Assembly: GCA_951406725.2 (NCBI GenBank)
Contig: OX597818.1
Coordinates: 43,834,001 to 43,898,000, forward strand
Length of the DNA: 64,000 bases
Direction of reading: 5' to 3'
Source of the DNA: Octopus vulgaris
Taxonomy: Eukaryota
Shown: piece by piece, positions 42,720 through 56,676 of the stretch
Position numbering within the stretch: position 1 is the first letter of the stretch
How the letters are laid out: every line of letters begins with the position of its first letter
Position numbers and translations under genes: made by a program
Notes under the pieces: generated by a model
Database searches by the model: none
Told to the model about the DNA's origin: nothing
The model's input: the letters and a program-made list of their open reading frames with translations, nothing else

Positions 42720-43750
42720 AGGAATGAATTTGCTTTAGACTTGAAAGAGTTTAGGTCATAAGGAAGAGGGAAACAATGAGATGGAAGAGAGTTCCAAAAT
42801 CTAGCAGTTTGAGGAAGAGAAGCTATGACCATAGAAAGACTTCCTTATTTGTGGAAGCACAACAGCATTTGGATGAAGATGTGAGTTTTTGAGAAAGATG
42901 AGATGGCACAAAGTGATCTGGAACTAAGAGAGAAAACCCATCAGAGCACCTTCTGTGGCAATTATGATAGAAAAGGCTAAGACTGGTGACATTATGTCAA
43001 TGAGGCAAAGGTTGTAGAGTCAAAGCAAGAGAAGGACCAATCAAATTAGAGACTCAGTTCTGAACCTGGTCAAGGAGATCCAAGTGACAAGATGGTACAC
43101 CTGCTCAAATATGACAAGATGATTCCACACATGGGATGAATTGGAAACTCGTAAAGATACAAAATGGCCTCAGATGTGAGGTAGTCCTTTGACCCATATG
43201 AGCAGGTGCTGAAAAGTTCCTGGTTTTGGGTAAAAGAAAACACAAAAGGATCAGTTAATTATGATGTTATTCAACATATTCCCCTCTCAGATTCAGACAC
43301 TTATTGCAGCAGTCCTTCAGTTTTTGTAAGCCCTGTAAAAGAACTCGGAAGGTTGGACCTCCAACTGGGTCTTTCGCAATACCCTTAAAGTGAGGAACTT
43401 TCCAGCACCTCCTTGTATAATGACCCCAACTTACAGGAAGTAGTCCTACCAATTGATTGTATGTAAGAGCCCCAAGAAAGATCAGGAGGGAAAACAAGAC
43501 CAAGCTATTTCAAAGAAGACCTTTCCTCAAGTGGTTTGACTGTCTCACCACGTGATACCTCAGATCTATAATTCATGTAAATGGGAGGAAGATGGGAATC
43601 CCACTTCCTACGGAAAGACAAGAGTTTTGTCTTGTCAGGGTTGAAAGTTACTAATCACTTTTTGTCCCATTTCTTAAGAGCCTGCAGATCCACTTCAAGA
43701 CAAGGCAGCAAACTTCAACCATTTCAAGGGAGAGGGATTACTAAGGTAAC
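42720..43750 (-). mobile_element. CR1/L2-group LINE 3' fragment, interrupted by a mariner MITE
   Basis: Minus strand gives DLQALKKWDKK*LVTFNPDKTKLL and PQTARFWNSLPSHCFPLPYDLNSFKSK. Confidence 0.8.
43197..43417. mobile_element. Mariner-type MITE
   Basis: TA ends; imperfect TIR GAG..GGTGCTGAAAAGTTCCT / AGGAACTTTCCAGCACC. Confidence 0.75.
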
Positions 43751-43759
43751 CAGAATAAT

Positions 43760-44585
43760 ATGATGCATATGGACAAGGACAGCTGTGTAAAGAAGTGCTG
43801 ATCCTTAACTTTGGAGGGAACCTGTGGTAGAGGTAGAACCAAGAAAACATGGAATGAGGTGATGAGGCATGATCTCTGAACTTTGGGTCTCACAGAGGCA
43901 ATCACTAGTGACCGAGACTTTTGGCAATAAGCTGTCCTTCAAAAGACTCATCAAGCCAAGTGAAATTGCAGCTGTGGCTGACGCTGGTGTCACGTAACCG
44001 GCACCTGTGCAGGTGGCACGTAAAGAGCACCTTTCAAGTGTTGAGCCTCATGGAGGCAAAGTGGTTGAGCTCCTTTCGAATGTTAGGCTTCATGGAGGCA
44101 ATGACTGAGATCTTTGGCATTATGTTATGCTTGAGAAGTAGACACATCTAGCAAAGTAAAATCACAGTTGTGGCAGATACCGGTGTCATGCAAATGGCAC
44201 TTGTGCCAGTTGCATGTAATAGTACCTTTCAAGTGTTGAGCCTCACAGAGGGCTGAGACCATTTAGCATTATGTCAGACTTTGAGTGTTGGGCCACACAG
44301 GCTATGACTGAGTCCGTTTGGCATTATGCTGTGCTTGAGAAGAAGACCCATCAAACCAAGTAAAACTGCATTCATGGCAGATACTAGTGTCATGCAAAAG
44401 GCACCTGTGCTGGTGGCATGTAAAAGCACCCATTACACTCTCAGAGTGGTTGGCATTAGGAAGGACATCCAGCCATAAAAACCATGCCAAAACAGACTGG
44501 AATCTGGTGCAGCTTGCCAGCCCTGGTCAAACCATCCAACCCATGCTAGCATGGACAACAGATGTTGAATGATGATGATGATAAT
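43760..44585 (+). mobile_element. 5'-truncated RTE LINE: ORF2 end, repeated 3' UTR units and (GAT)n tail
   Basis: MDKDSCVKKC..LEGTCGRGRTKKTWNEV, then GGTGGCACGTAAA.AGCACC units, TTGGCATTAGGAAGG.CATCCAGC and a GATGATGAT tail. Confidence 0.8.
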
Positions 44586-44628
44586 GATCACACACACAAA
44601 CACACGCACACACAAACACACACAAACA

Positions 44629-44666
<38 letters not shown>

Positions 44667-45527
44667 TACACACACACACAGAGCTTTTTCTATTTAGATA
44701 TACACATATACATAGCAATCAGATAGGAGGCAATGAACTGGATGTCATATGCAAAAAATCTCAGAGAGTTTATTTCCCTCTGAAATGGGAGAAAAAAACA
44801 ACAAAACAATAAAGAGCTAGTGACAGTTGTTAGTGACTCTCGGAGAAAAGGAGAGAATTTGAAGAAATTATGAACTGATTTTGCAGAAAATTAAATAGCC
44901 ATGTTTTGGAGAAAAAAAATCAAGATCTTTGCCAGGCAAGATAACAGTGCTGGACATGTCTTGGCCTTATTTGACCTCATTAGCAACAGTCTTGTCTAGC
45001 TTTCTTTGTTCTGTGAAAATAGATTTTTGCTTGTAGAAACAAAGAAAAGAGGAACAATTTGGGACAGTACTAACTTGCATAAATACAAATTGTGAGGTGA
45101 GGTAAAGAAAATACAGTCATGGCAATGGCATGGACTTATATAGTTTGGAGAGCTTGTAAGTGATATTGACTGATGTAAGCAAAAAAAAAAAAAAAAAAAA
45201 TCTAATTTTTAATTCTGAGTACTTCTTTTCCACCTTAATTACTAATTTTGATTAAGAAAATTTTTATTATTCATTAGACTGTACCAACACCTACATAAAT
45301 TAGTTTCAATTATGTTTTTAGCTTTTAGTTTGTAGTTTTGCTTTTTTTTTTTAATTAAGCAAATTACTATTCATCAAAACTGCATGTAACATCTTTTCCA
45401 CATGTGAAAAATCTATATTGAGAGTTTAACCTATGGCTACTTATTGATTTACATGAAAGCTAAATTTTGTAATTCGTTTTCGGATTTGGTTTGCAAGATT
45501 CTTTATGTGAGTTCGTATGTTGAAGCA

Positions 45528-45801
45528 TATTCTGTTGTGTTTGGGGAGAGTCATTTTCTTTTTGTGCCTTATAATTTAACACACTCACTGGTAAAATTTC
45601 CACTTATTTCTTATTTTTATTTTCCTAAAATTTTTGTTGCGTCTTGCAACCTTTCCAATGGTCTAAACTATTGAAAAGGTTGCAAAATGCAACAAAAATT
45701 TTAGGAAAATAAAAATAAGAAATAAGTGGAAATTTTACCAGTGAGTGTGTTAAATTATAAGGCACAAAAAGAAAATGACTCTCCCCAGACACAACAGAAT
45801 A
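45528..45801. repeat. Long near-perfect inverted repeat (~134-bp arms, ~6-nt spacer)
   Basis: TATTCTGTTGTGTTTGGGGAGAG...CAACCTTTCCAATGG pairs with CTATTGAAAAGGTTG...CTCTCCCCAGACACAACAGAATA. Confidence 0.95.
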
Positions 45802-45998
45802 AATTTTGTAAATTAATTACAATTTTTTTGAACAATTATTTCCCTTCGCTATTATGATTTGGTTTTTCTCCAATTAAGAAGCAAAATTTAATTCATCAAG
45901 AATTATATACTAACATTTTTCAGTACAGTACCTATTTGAATTATGATCTATATTTCTGTCACTGGCCTACTTGAATTATTTCCCTTTGTGCAGATGTA

Positions 45999-46041
<43 letters not shown>

Positions 46042-46486
46042 CATTTGTACGTAAATGCTGACGTAGAGTTGTGCAATGATTGGCAAACATTTTCAGCAAA
46101 CTGTGGCTTGAAGGAATATTTTCGAAAATTTCTTTCATGGAATCTGATGAATAACTCATTATATTCAAGAGTTGGAGAATGTAACAAAGAAACTGAATAT
46201 TTGTTGCTCCTTAAAACACTTCAGGAATGTTAATTGAATTTCTTTTTACTGCTGCAGCTGAAACTGTAAACTGAACTCTTTTTATGTTCTCCTGGCTTCT
46301 CTGTTGGTATGCTAGCAGAAACATTTTGAACACTGGTCTAAATGTCTTTACACTATTTAGCTTTGCTTATTACTTTATGCTTAGTTAAACAACAGTGTAG
46401 ACTCCTCCTTTGGGTTCGTTAAATATCTTTTGGTTATATCACTGGAGTCATGTCACTTGGTTAATCTATTTCCTTACGAATTTGGG

Positions 46487-46887
46487 ATCATCATCATCGT
46501 CGTCGTTGTTGTCATCATCATCATCATCATTGTTTAACGTCCGCTTTCCATACTAGCATGGGTTGGACGATTTGACTGTACCAGACCCCAATCTGATCTG
46601 GCAGAGTTTCTACAGCTGGATGCCCTTCCTAACGCCAACCACTCCGAGAGTGTAGTGGGTGTTTTTACATGCCACTGGCACGAGGACCAGTCCAGCGGCA
46701 CTGGCAATGACCTCGCTCGAATGTTTTTTTCACGTGCCACCAGCACAAGTGCCAGTAAGGCGACACAGGTAACGATAATGCTCGAATGGTGTTTTTAACG
46801 TGCCATCAGCACAGAGGCCAGTTTGTTGCTCTGGCAACGATCTCACACGTATGGTACTCTTAGCGCTCCACTAGCATGGATGCCAGT
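46487..46887 (-). mobile_element. Repeat family B
   Basis: Same consensus. Confidence 0.85.
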
Positions 46888-47924
46888 AAAAAAACAGTTT
46901 AAATATAGCAGTTTAAAAATTGAATGAATTTTCTTTGGGTTAGAATATGCTTATTATTTTCTTAGTTTGACATTTAATTCACAATATAAAGATGCTTAAA
47001 TCTGGAACATGGAGATGCATAGCTTGGTGGTTAGGGTGTTGTAATCATGATAATAAGATTGTGGTTTTGATTCCTGGAGCAGGTTTGATTCCTGGAGCAG
47101 GTGTTGTGTCCTTGAGCAAAATACTTTCATTCCACTCAGCTGGCAAAAATGAGTAATCCTATAACAGACTACCATCCTGAAATATATGCACCTTGAAAAC
47201 CAGGAAACCAGTCCTATTAGTCTATACCACTTGGAAAGGATCTTTAGCCTTTTGTTTTAAAAATCTGGAACACTGTTTTCAATTCATAGTTGAAGTTGCT
47301 TCACTTACATTAATCATATTAATGAGAAAAGTGTAAATGCTACATGCTTTTATTTTCATCTCAATGAAGTTATTGTTCTTGGAGCTCTTTTAGCATCCAC
47401 TTTACCATGATTGCATGAGTCAATCACAATTTGTTGAGGCAGACTTTCCGAAGTCAGATACTTTTCCTGTTGCCAATCCTCACCCATTTCCAAATAAGGT
47501 AATTTTTTCCCTTGGTCATGCAGAAGACTGGAAACAAATGATGCTGCTTGTATGACAATGATGCTCAAGTACAACCACCACACAATGTGAAGACAAAGAT
47601 AGTTTCCATCGACCAAATACACTCACAAAGCTTTGACCAGCCGAGGGCTATAGTAGAAGACACTTGCCCAAGATCTATTTAGATGTTCAGATCTTAGCAA
47701 TGCTATTTTAAATAAATTGGGAGAATTGGTAGAGCAGCAAGCAATATGCCTCCTGATACTTAGTTACACCTCTTAATGTTCTGATTTCAAATCTTACCCG
47801 AATCAACTTTGCTTTTCATCCTTCTGGGTGGATTGTTGGAGGGTATAGGTCAATAAAATAAATATGCCAGGAACTTCCCCAAAATTCAAAGCCTTATGCT
47901 AAGAAATAAATATTATCCTAAATA

Positions 47925-48448
47925 TACCATAAATCCTCAAGTATAGTCCACCCTTGAGTATAATACGCAGGGGATTTTTAGGGGGCTGTACCTCTGAAAA
48001 ACCTAAACCGTGTGTATAATATGCACCTCTTCTCTAATTTGAGTCATGCGTAATTAAGCCAGCAGCACCTAGTTGAACAAACACTTCCGCGCATGTGTAA
48101 TACAATAATGGTGATGTTCTTAACTGTTATATGGGAATGTAAATATGTTTGCAAATTGTTTTTGTTACATGTTATTCTGTGTTCTGAATACTTTTATTTT
48201 AATAAATGTTGCTTACTGCAAGTTATGGATGATTTGTTTACGACTTCATTGCTTTCAGGCATAGCTTAAGGTATTTTCGCGCCTGACATCACAAAATGCA
48301 TCTGAATAAACATTGCCAGAGCAAATAGAGACTCGGACATTGCTTAGAAAATATTTTTCATTTTAAACCTCGTATATAGTACACACTAGGGATTTTGACC
48401 TTTAAATTTTTGGGAAAAAATGCGGAGTATACTCGAGGATTTACGGTA
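47925..48448. mobile_element. pogo/Tigger-like non-autonomous DNA transposon
   Basis: TIR TACCATAAATCCTCAAGTATA / TATACTCGAGGATTTACGGTA with TA ends. Confidence 0.8.
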
Positions 48449-49186
48449 CACTTAAAAAATTGAGTTACCCCACCCATTAAATATGAATTCATTTGCTTAC
48501 ATGCAACATATTTATTAATTATTTTAGTAAAGTATTTTGTGAGCGACATGAACAAAGTACTAAAGCACTATGCAAATGAACACTGCTTCTATTACTGCTG
48601 TATTTTTGTCTAATAAACAAACATGGACAGGCACATGGATCAGCTGTTGATATAGTGGCTATATGTGGTGTGCTTCCACTGCATCAGTTACATAACTGTT
48701 TTAATTGCTAGCTTTGATTAATTTGGAGTGACTTGTTTAATGCCCTTGTGTAAAGTATCAACACCACACAAACACACAATCTCTACTTTGAGGCCTTGAT
48801 CCCACCAGACTCTCTGTTTAAAATGTTTGGGTTTGATTCCTAGCTGAAAGCCTTTCTCTTTTCATATTTGTATCTAATTCCTTTGGGGAATATTTTAGCA
48901 TACAGCTTATCTACTTTGGCATAATAGCAAAGATAAAATATCTGAAAGTTGCTTATTTCATAGATTTTCAGAGACTGAGTTCTGAAATAGAAGGAAAAGA
49001 AAAAAACAAAAACAATTACTGCTTTGGTTAATATTTTGTCACCTTCCAAATACTAGCTGTGTTAATGAGGAAAAAGGAAAAAGATTGTCGCTTGCAATGA
49101 TTATTATATTCTTCTTTGTTTTGCAAACATGTAAACACTTGACTAACTTTAATTTAATTATTTTCCGAATAACCTAAATTTTGAAC

Positions 49187-49394
49187 CTCTTTTATCTTTT
49201 ACTCTTTTACTTGTTTCAGTCATTTGACTGTGGCCATGCTGGAGCACTGCCTTTAGTCGAGCAAATCGACCCCAGGACTTATTCTTTGTAAGCCTAGTAC
49301 TTATTCTATCGGTCTCGTTTGCTGAACTGCTAAGTTACGGGGATGTAAACACACCAGCATCGGTTGTCAAGCGATGTTGGGGGGACAAACACAG

Positions 49395-49434
<40 letters not shown>

Positions 49435-49597
49435 GACACGCTTTTTTTAGTTTCCGTCTACCAAATCCACTCACAAAGTTTTGGTCAGCCTGAGGCTATA
49501 GTAGAAGACACTTGCCCAAAGTGCCACGCAGTGGGACTGAACCCAGAACCATGTGGTTGGTAAGCAAGCTACTTACCACACAACCACTCCTGTGCCT
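49187..49597 (-). mobile_element. SINE family A
   Basis: Same consensus. Confidence 0.9.
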
Positions 49598-50362
49598 AAA
49601 CCTGATTACAATGCCTGATTTCATCTATATTTGAAACATCTTTTGGAAAGGTGTTAAAAATATAAAAGAACTCAGATTATGGGTTGTATTTTCAATCATT
49701 AAACTTATTCATATTGCTCTAAATCAATATATCTACGGACTGAAGCCACCATAGCCAGTCTAGAAAATAACCATGTGCAAGTGCAGCAAATTATCTGATA
49801 GCTTTTTAGATTAATTTCATTTACATAATCTATTATTAAAAAGGATAAAATGTGGTTCAGCAATTCTGAACTTGCTGGAAAAGCAAAAATACAGAATATA
49901 TAAAAGTGAAAATAATTTAAATAGAAAATGGTAAAAAACGAAAAATAACATAACTGGAACTAATTATACTGAGTTAATTATGACATTATTAATTACTAAT
50001 TGAGATAGTTTATATTCTAAATAATCTATTTAACTTATGAACATGGTCACGGATATCTATTCAGGAAATTACAACCAAACCTCCTTCAAATCATAATGTA
50101 CAGTCTAAAAACTGAAGGACACATTAGACAATGTAGTTCTTGGTATATAAAAAGTAAGGATGGTCACAGCTGGAATGTCTTTGATTATAGTTTTACCCTA
50201 AGATTGACTTAGGGCTGAGTAACTGTTTCTATATTATTTACGCACAAGGCCAGCAATTTTGAAGGGATGGTGTCAGACAATTACATTAACCCAGTAGTTG
50301 TTTGGTAGTTTATTTTATCAAAATGAGAGGGATGACCTTAGCAGAGTTTGAACTCAGAATGG

Positions 50363-50610
50363 AGACATTTTTTCACACTCAGAGTTGCTGAAGCATGGAA
50401 CAAACTACCTGCATCAGTTGTTAGTTGCTGAGACATTGCATCCTTCAAAAACCTCCATGCTTCCTGAAATTTGCCAACACTACACCTGATATCCCCACCT
50501 CCATTTGCTGCACACTGTTCACTTTCCTGACTCATACGCTGTTTACTTTCCTGACTTTTGAACATAATTCTATGTACTGTGCATGCACCTTTGATAAGGT
50601 GTTGTGCACC
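50363..50610 (+). mobile_element. CR1-type LINE 3' end
   Basis: RHFFTLRVAEAWNKLPASVVSC*DIASFK. Confidence 0.8.
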
Positions 50611-50620
50611 TAAGCACTCT

Positions 50621-50893
50621 TCATCATCATCGTTTAACATCCATTTTCTATGCTAGCATGGGTTGGATGGTTCGACCGGGATCTGGGAAGCCAGGAGGAT
50701 GCACCAGGCTCCAGTCTGATCTGGCAGTGTTTCTACAGCTTGATGCCCTTCCTAGCGCCAACCACTCAGTGAGTGTAGTGGGTGCTTTTTATGTGCCAGG
50801 CAAGGTTGGCAATGGCCATGATCGGCTGGTGCTTTTTACGTGCCACCGGCACGGAAGCCAGTCAAGGTGGCGCTGGCATCGGCCACATTTGGC
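50621..50893 (-). mobile_element. Repeat family B
   Basis: Same consensus. Confidence 0.85.
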
Positions 50894-51266
50894 ACTATAC
50901 ACAATAATTTCCTTATTATTAAATATTGCAAGGCATTTCGTCTGATACCTTTAACAACTCTGCTAAGTCAGTGCCCTGGGCAATTCGACAGCTATTTAAA
51001 TTATATTATATTTTTAATAAAGACTAACTTCTGGAAGTTGTCATTATCATCGTTTTTAGCATTCACTTCTACATGCTTGCATTAGGCAGATGGAATTTAT
51101 TGAGGCACATTTTCTACAGTGGGATGCTTTTCCAGTTGCCAACTCTGACCATTTTCCCAGTAAGGTAATATTCCCTCATGATTGGATATGTTTCCATGGA
51201 GGACTGGAAATGGATAGTACCACTTGTTTGACAGTGAGATCCAATACACAGCTTCTACATGATGCC

Positions 51267-51499
51267 TATTTCTTTACTACCCACAAGGGGCTAAACACAG
51301 AGAGGACAAACAAGGATAGACAAATGGATTAAGTCGATTATATTGACCCCAGTGCGTAACTGGTACTTATTTAATCGACCCCGAAAGGATGAAAGGCAAA
51401 GTCAACCTCGGTGGAATTTGAACTTAGAACGTAACGGCAGACGAAATACCGCTAAGCATTTCGTCCGACGTTCTAACGTTTCTGCCAGCTCGCCGCCTT
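51267..51499 (-). mobile_element. SINE family C
   Basis: Reverse complement of 59031-59264; TACATGAT on both sides. Confidence 0.85.
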
Positions 51500-52237
51500 A
51501 CATGATACCATAACAGGGAAATATTAACACACATGCAATCTTGCATATATACATACATGTGTGTGTGTGTACATATACACAACTATCTTCCACACAGTTT
51601 CTATCAACCAAATCACTCAGAAGTTTTTGGTAAGCCTGTAACTATAGAAGACACTTGTCCAAGGTGCCACGCAGTGGAACTGAACCCCAAACTACATGGT
51701 TGGGTTGCAAATTTCTTGTCATGTATGTACTTCATTCGAATGACATTTTTTTTTCGTTTGGTACAAAAGAAGTTTAGAATAAGTTTATCTAACCTCTTAC
51801 AAGAAAGTTGATCGTCTTGCATGTATTTGAGTCCAGTAAGACAAAACCTTCAGCAACATTGAATCTAGTAAGACAATCTATCTAAAATTAGTTTCACAAT
51901 AACAATCAAATCTCCTTCAAACCACACTGGAGTGAGCTACAATTGTTTTTCTTAGAATTCAACCACCAAAAATATGCAAAACAAGCAACTTTTCACTGTT
52001 TTATCTTTTCTATCACACCAAAAAAAAACATGCCAAGCTATATATATATATATTGTGATATAATTGAAAATTTTTAGATGCAGAACATTTGTCAGAGATG
52101 CAGTTTCAAGTGATGAAAATTTGATACCACACTACAATAAAATGTTAAAGTGATGTAATTGTTACTGTGTCTTCCACACTGCAAAGTAGATATGCTGTAA
52201 CCTAAAATATTCATCAAAGGAATTAGATACAAATATG

Positions 52238-52792
52238 AAATCAAAATCAAAATTGATGACTGGCGTCCGTGCTAGCGGGGTGCAAAGAGCACCATACGAG
52301 TGTGATCATTGTCAGAGCAACTAGCCAGCTTCCACACCAGTGGCACTTGAAAGGCACTATTCGAGCGTGATTGTTACCAGCGTTGCCTTACTGGCACTCA
52401 AGCCCCGTGCTAGTAGGGTATTAAGAGCACCATCCAAGCATGATCGTTGCCAGAGTGGCTATCTGGCCTCCGTGCCAGTGACATGTAAAAGATACTATTC
52501 GAGTGTGATCGTTATCAGCATCGCCTTACTGGCACCTGTGCCGGTGGCATGTGTAAAAGATTTGAGCGAGGTCATGGCCAGTACCGCCTGACTGGCCCTC
52601 ATGCCGGTGGCCCATAAAAGCACCCACTGCACTCTCGGAGTGGTTGGTGTTAGGAAGGGCATCCAGCTGTAGAAACTCTGCCAGATCAAGATTGAAGCCT
52701 GGTGCAGCCATCTGGTTCGCCAGCCCTCAGTCATTCGTCCAACCCATGCTAGCATGGAAAGCGGACGTTAAACGATGATGATGATGATGATG
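52238..52792 (+). mobile_element. Repeat family B, long copy
   Basis: Starts AAATCAAAATTGATGACTGGCGTCC (cf. 2299-2323) and ends (GAT)n. Confidence 0.85.
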
Positions 52793-53449
52793 AAGACAAA
52801 AGGTTTCAGCTACAGTCCAACTTTTGGAAGATGTGTGTGGTAGGGTAGTCTTAATTTGTTGTCTTGTTCAATATCATTTGATGTATAAATCTCTTTCCTG
52901 GGGCCCTTTTTGTTGTAAGCATTTAAGTCATGTGTAGTTAAGAAGCATGCTTTCTCACCATATGGTCATGAGTTCAATCTGATTATGTGGTACCTTGAGT
53001 AAGTATCTTCTACTATAGCCCCAGGCTCAACAAAACCTTCTGGATGGATTTGGTAGATGGGAACTGAAAGAAGAGGTCGACTTTGCCATTCATCCTTTCG
53101 GGATTGATAAATTAAGTACCAGCTGCGTACTGGGATTGATCTTATCGACTTGCCCACCTCCCCTCAAATTTCAGGCCTCATGCCTAGAGAAAAGAATATT
53201 TGCTAATTATAAGGCAATGAGCTGGCAGAATTGTTTGTATACTTGGCAAAATGCTTAGTGGCATTTCATTTCTTATTATGCTTAGAGTTTGAATGCTGCC
53301 GAGACAAACTTTGCCTTTCATCTTTTGAGGTGGATAAAATAAGTACCAGTTGAATACTGGGGTTGATGTAATTGGCTTACCCCCTCTCCAAAATTGCTGG
53401 ACTTGTGCCAAAATTTGAAACCAATATTTGGTAATTATTCAAGGATTTG

Positions 53450-53871
53450 GATTTGATGACTGGCATCCGTGCTAGTGGAGTGCTAAGAGCATCATTTGAG
53501 CATGATCGCTGCCAGAGCAGCAAACTGGCTTCTGTGCCAGTGGTAAGTAAAAAGCACCATTTGAGCGTGATCATTACCAGTGTTGCTTTACTGGCACTTG
53601 TGCTGGTGGCATGTGAAAAAACATTTGAGTGAGGTCATTGCCAGTGCCGCTGGACTGGCTCCTGTGCAGGTGGCACGTAAAAAACACCATTTAAGCACCC
53701 ATTACACTCTCGGAGTGGTTGGTGTTAGGAAGGGCATCCAGCTGTAGAAACTCTGCCAGATCAGACTGGAGCCTGGTGCAGCCATCTGGTTCACCAGTCC
53801 TCAGTCAAATTGTCCAACCGATGCTAGCATGGTAAGCAGACATTAAACGATGATGATGATGATGATGATGA
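53450..53871 (+). mobile_element. Repeat family B, long copy
   Basis: Same consensus; ends (GAT)n. Confidence 0.85.
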
Positions 53872-54707
53872 TTTTATTTCTGCTTCAAGACACATTTCTT
53901 TCAAATATAGTTTTTTCTTCAACATATTAATTTCATGATTTCATACTGAGGATCACAGTGAGATTTTTATGGAGGAAATGCTGTGGTCTTCTCTGTATAT
54001 TTACTGTTTCCTTTTTAAATGTCTATTCTCTGTAACAACACACTTGCCTTCTGAAATTAGGCACCAATGCCTATGGAACGAAACCAGTGACTCATTTATG
54101 TTCCATATATACATTTAAAAAAAAAAAATACTAGTGGATTTGTTTCAGGAAAACAAACATGCATTATTTGGTGTGTTTTGGTGAAATTACTGGATATTTG
54201 TTCTGTTGAATGAGGAGGGGTTAAAAAGTAGTTTGTCTAGCCTTAATTTTAACCTTTTTAAAGTTAATGAATAATAACTATATACAATCTCGTGCTGTTT
54301 GTTCAACCCACATGGAAAGATTTCTAGTGTATGTTACATCTATTTCCTTTGATGCAGTAAATAGTGTAATTATGCAATATTATGCGTATTAAACATCTCT
54401 TAAATTTACTGCGTTCATCTGTCATCTTTCTTGATTGAATACTAAACTCCTCTTATCAAAGTTTTTCCAAGACTTTTAATTAAAAAATCCTATTATATTA
54501 ACTCGTCAGAGAGGTCAAATAGAAATTTAGCAAAAAAAAAAAAAATTATTAATTTTGGGAAAATTATGATTTTTTTCCATTTGAATTAAATTTTATTTTT
54601 TCTGCAGAGAAAGCATGATCGGTAGAATAGTCGGAGAAAGGAATAAGCTTTCAAGGACATCTTTGGTTAACTAGGATGGTGTTTTGTCATGTAGAAACCA
54701 GTTTATA

Positions 54708-55110
54708 AGGCGGTGAGCTGGCAGAAACGTTAGCATGCTGGGCGAAATGCTTAGTGGTATTTCGTCTGTCGTTACATTCTGAGTTCAAATTCCGCTGAGG
54801 TCCACTTTGTGTTTCATACTCTCGGGGTCGATAAATTAAGTACCAGTTAAGCACTGGGGTCGATATAATCGACTTAATACCTATGTTTGTCCATGTTTGT
54901 CCCCTCTATGTTCAGCCCCTTGTGAGTAATAAAGAAATAGGTATTTTGTTTGTTGTTAGGTTCTGAGTTCAAATTCTGTCGAGGTCGACTTTGCCTTTCA
55001 TCCTTTCGGGGTCGATAAATTAAGTACCAGCTATGCACTGGGATCAATGTAATCGACTCGATCCATTTGTCCCCTCTATGTTTAGCCCCTTGTGGGCAAT
55101 AAAGAAATAA
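54708..55110 (+). mobile_element. tRNA-derived SINE family C (Nin/Deu-domain-like), partially dimeric
   Basis: GAGCTGGCAGAAACG...GAGTTCAAATTCC head, then GTCGACTTTGCCTTTCATCCTTTCGGGGTCGATAAATTAAGTACCAG, resembling the Nin domain. Confidence 0.8.
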
Positions 55111-55464
55111 GATACCAGTTTATAGTCAATAACTTATCCTGTAGATGACATGTGCCAATAAGAGGTTCATTCAAAAACAATTTTACATTTTATTAGTGAT
55201 TGTTCTTATTTTGACACATCTGAATTGTAAATCTACTGGTGTTTGTATATGAACTTTGATCTTAAAGTCTAGCTAATTTGATTTCTTATATTTTCACTGA
55301 ATAGTTTGCTAAATACCTGTTGCATTCATTAAATAAATTGTGGCTATCTTATTTTCTTTTTTCTTTTCTAGTTATAAACATTTCAGATGTAGCTTGAGGA
55401 CAAAGTTAATGGTGAGTTTTATTTCCAAGATACATAACACACATTTCAATGGAAATTGTAGTTG

Positions 55465-55729
55465 TGATACCAGTGCCAGTGGCACGTAAAAGAACCATCC
55501 GAACGTGGCTGTTGCCAGCGCCGCCCCGACTGGCCTCTGTGCCGGTGGCATGTAAAAAGCACCCACTACACTCATGGAGTGGTTGGCGTTAGGAAGGGCA
55601 TCCAGCTGTAGAAACACTGCCAGATCAGACTGGAGTCTAGTGCAGCCTCCTGGCTTCCCAGACCCCAGTCGAACAGTCCAACCCATGCTAGCATGGAAAG
55701 CGGATGTTAAACGACGATGATGATGATGA
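55465..55729 (+). mobile_element. Repeat family B
   Basis: Same consensus. Confidence 0.85.
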
Positions 55730-56676
55730 CATCTTATTGTATAAGTGAGCAAAGTTTAGATAATGTCAACAAGGCAAAGTTAACCAGTTTTTTTATTTAG
55801 ATAAACCCTTTCTGTCTTCAATATAGGATACACTTTAGAACAGCTTACAAATGAAAACTTCATATGAGACTAAATACTTTGTAAAACGGCAGCAGTGTCC
55901 CTCGAGGTTATGTCCCATCACAGCTTTGCCATAATCTCTCTCACTATCATTCTTTATCTTACTCTCTAACTCATTCTCCTTTGCTTTCCAACTGTGTATC
56001 CATGTTTCTACTCTGCAGCAAGACACCCGCCTTTGTTCTCTCTGTACCTTAAATCTCTCAACTGGCACAAAGCCACACCTTCTCAATGGTACTCCTCCCC
56101 CCTGGATGAGGGGTTATAGTCTTGCAAGGTACTTGGTGACCTTGTTGGTGCTGGTGTTATGTCAAAAGCACCCAGTACACTCTGTAAAGTGGTTGGCAGT
56201 AGGAAAGGCATCCAGTTGTAGAAACCAAGCCAAAAACAGACAATGAAGCCTGGTGCAGCTCCTGTCAAAACATCCAACCTATGCCAGCATAGAAAATGGA
56301 CATTAAACGATGACAACAATGATGATGATTATGGAAAACATGAAATGGTTCAGACACCAAACTGGAACTAAACTCTTTTCTGAGCTCAACAATTGGTTCT
56401 CTACCTATATGTGTAGGGGAAAAAAAAATCAAAAGCAACAGAGCTTTAGAAATCAGAAATCAAGATATGGCTTTTGTGTTTTTCCTTCCACAGTAAGTAG
56501 ACTTCAGCATTACAAGTGTGTGTGTATGTGTGTGTGTGTGTGTAGGGTGTTCTGGCTATATTTGAGGATTTTTAGTGTTTCTTCCTTTTCAAGAACAGCT
56601 TCATGTATTGGTAGCCATTCGATTGCATTGGAGAGTTTAAAGGTTAAAGTTGTAGTTGAGAAAAAACTTAGTTTAC

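Noticed and set aside
45119-45160. ATG-initiated mini-ORF followed by GTAAGT (possible first coding exon)
   Set aside because: No compatible downstream coding exon or recognisable protein was found.
46143-46197. CTGATGA...CTGA resembling a C/D snoRNA
   Set aside because: Only ~55 nt, no convincing terminal stem or recognisable rRNA/snRNA antisense element, and no established host intron.
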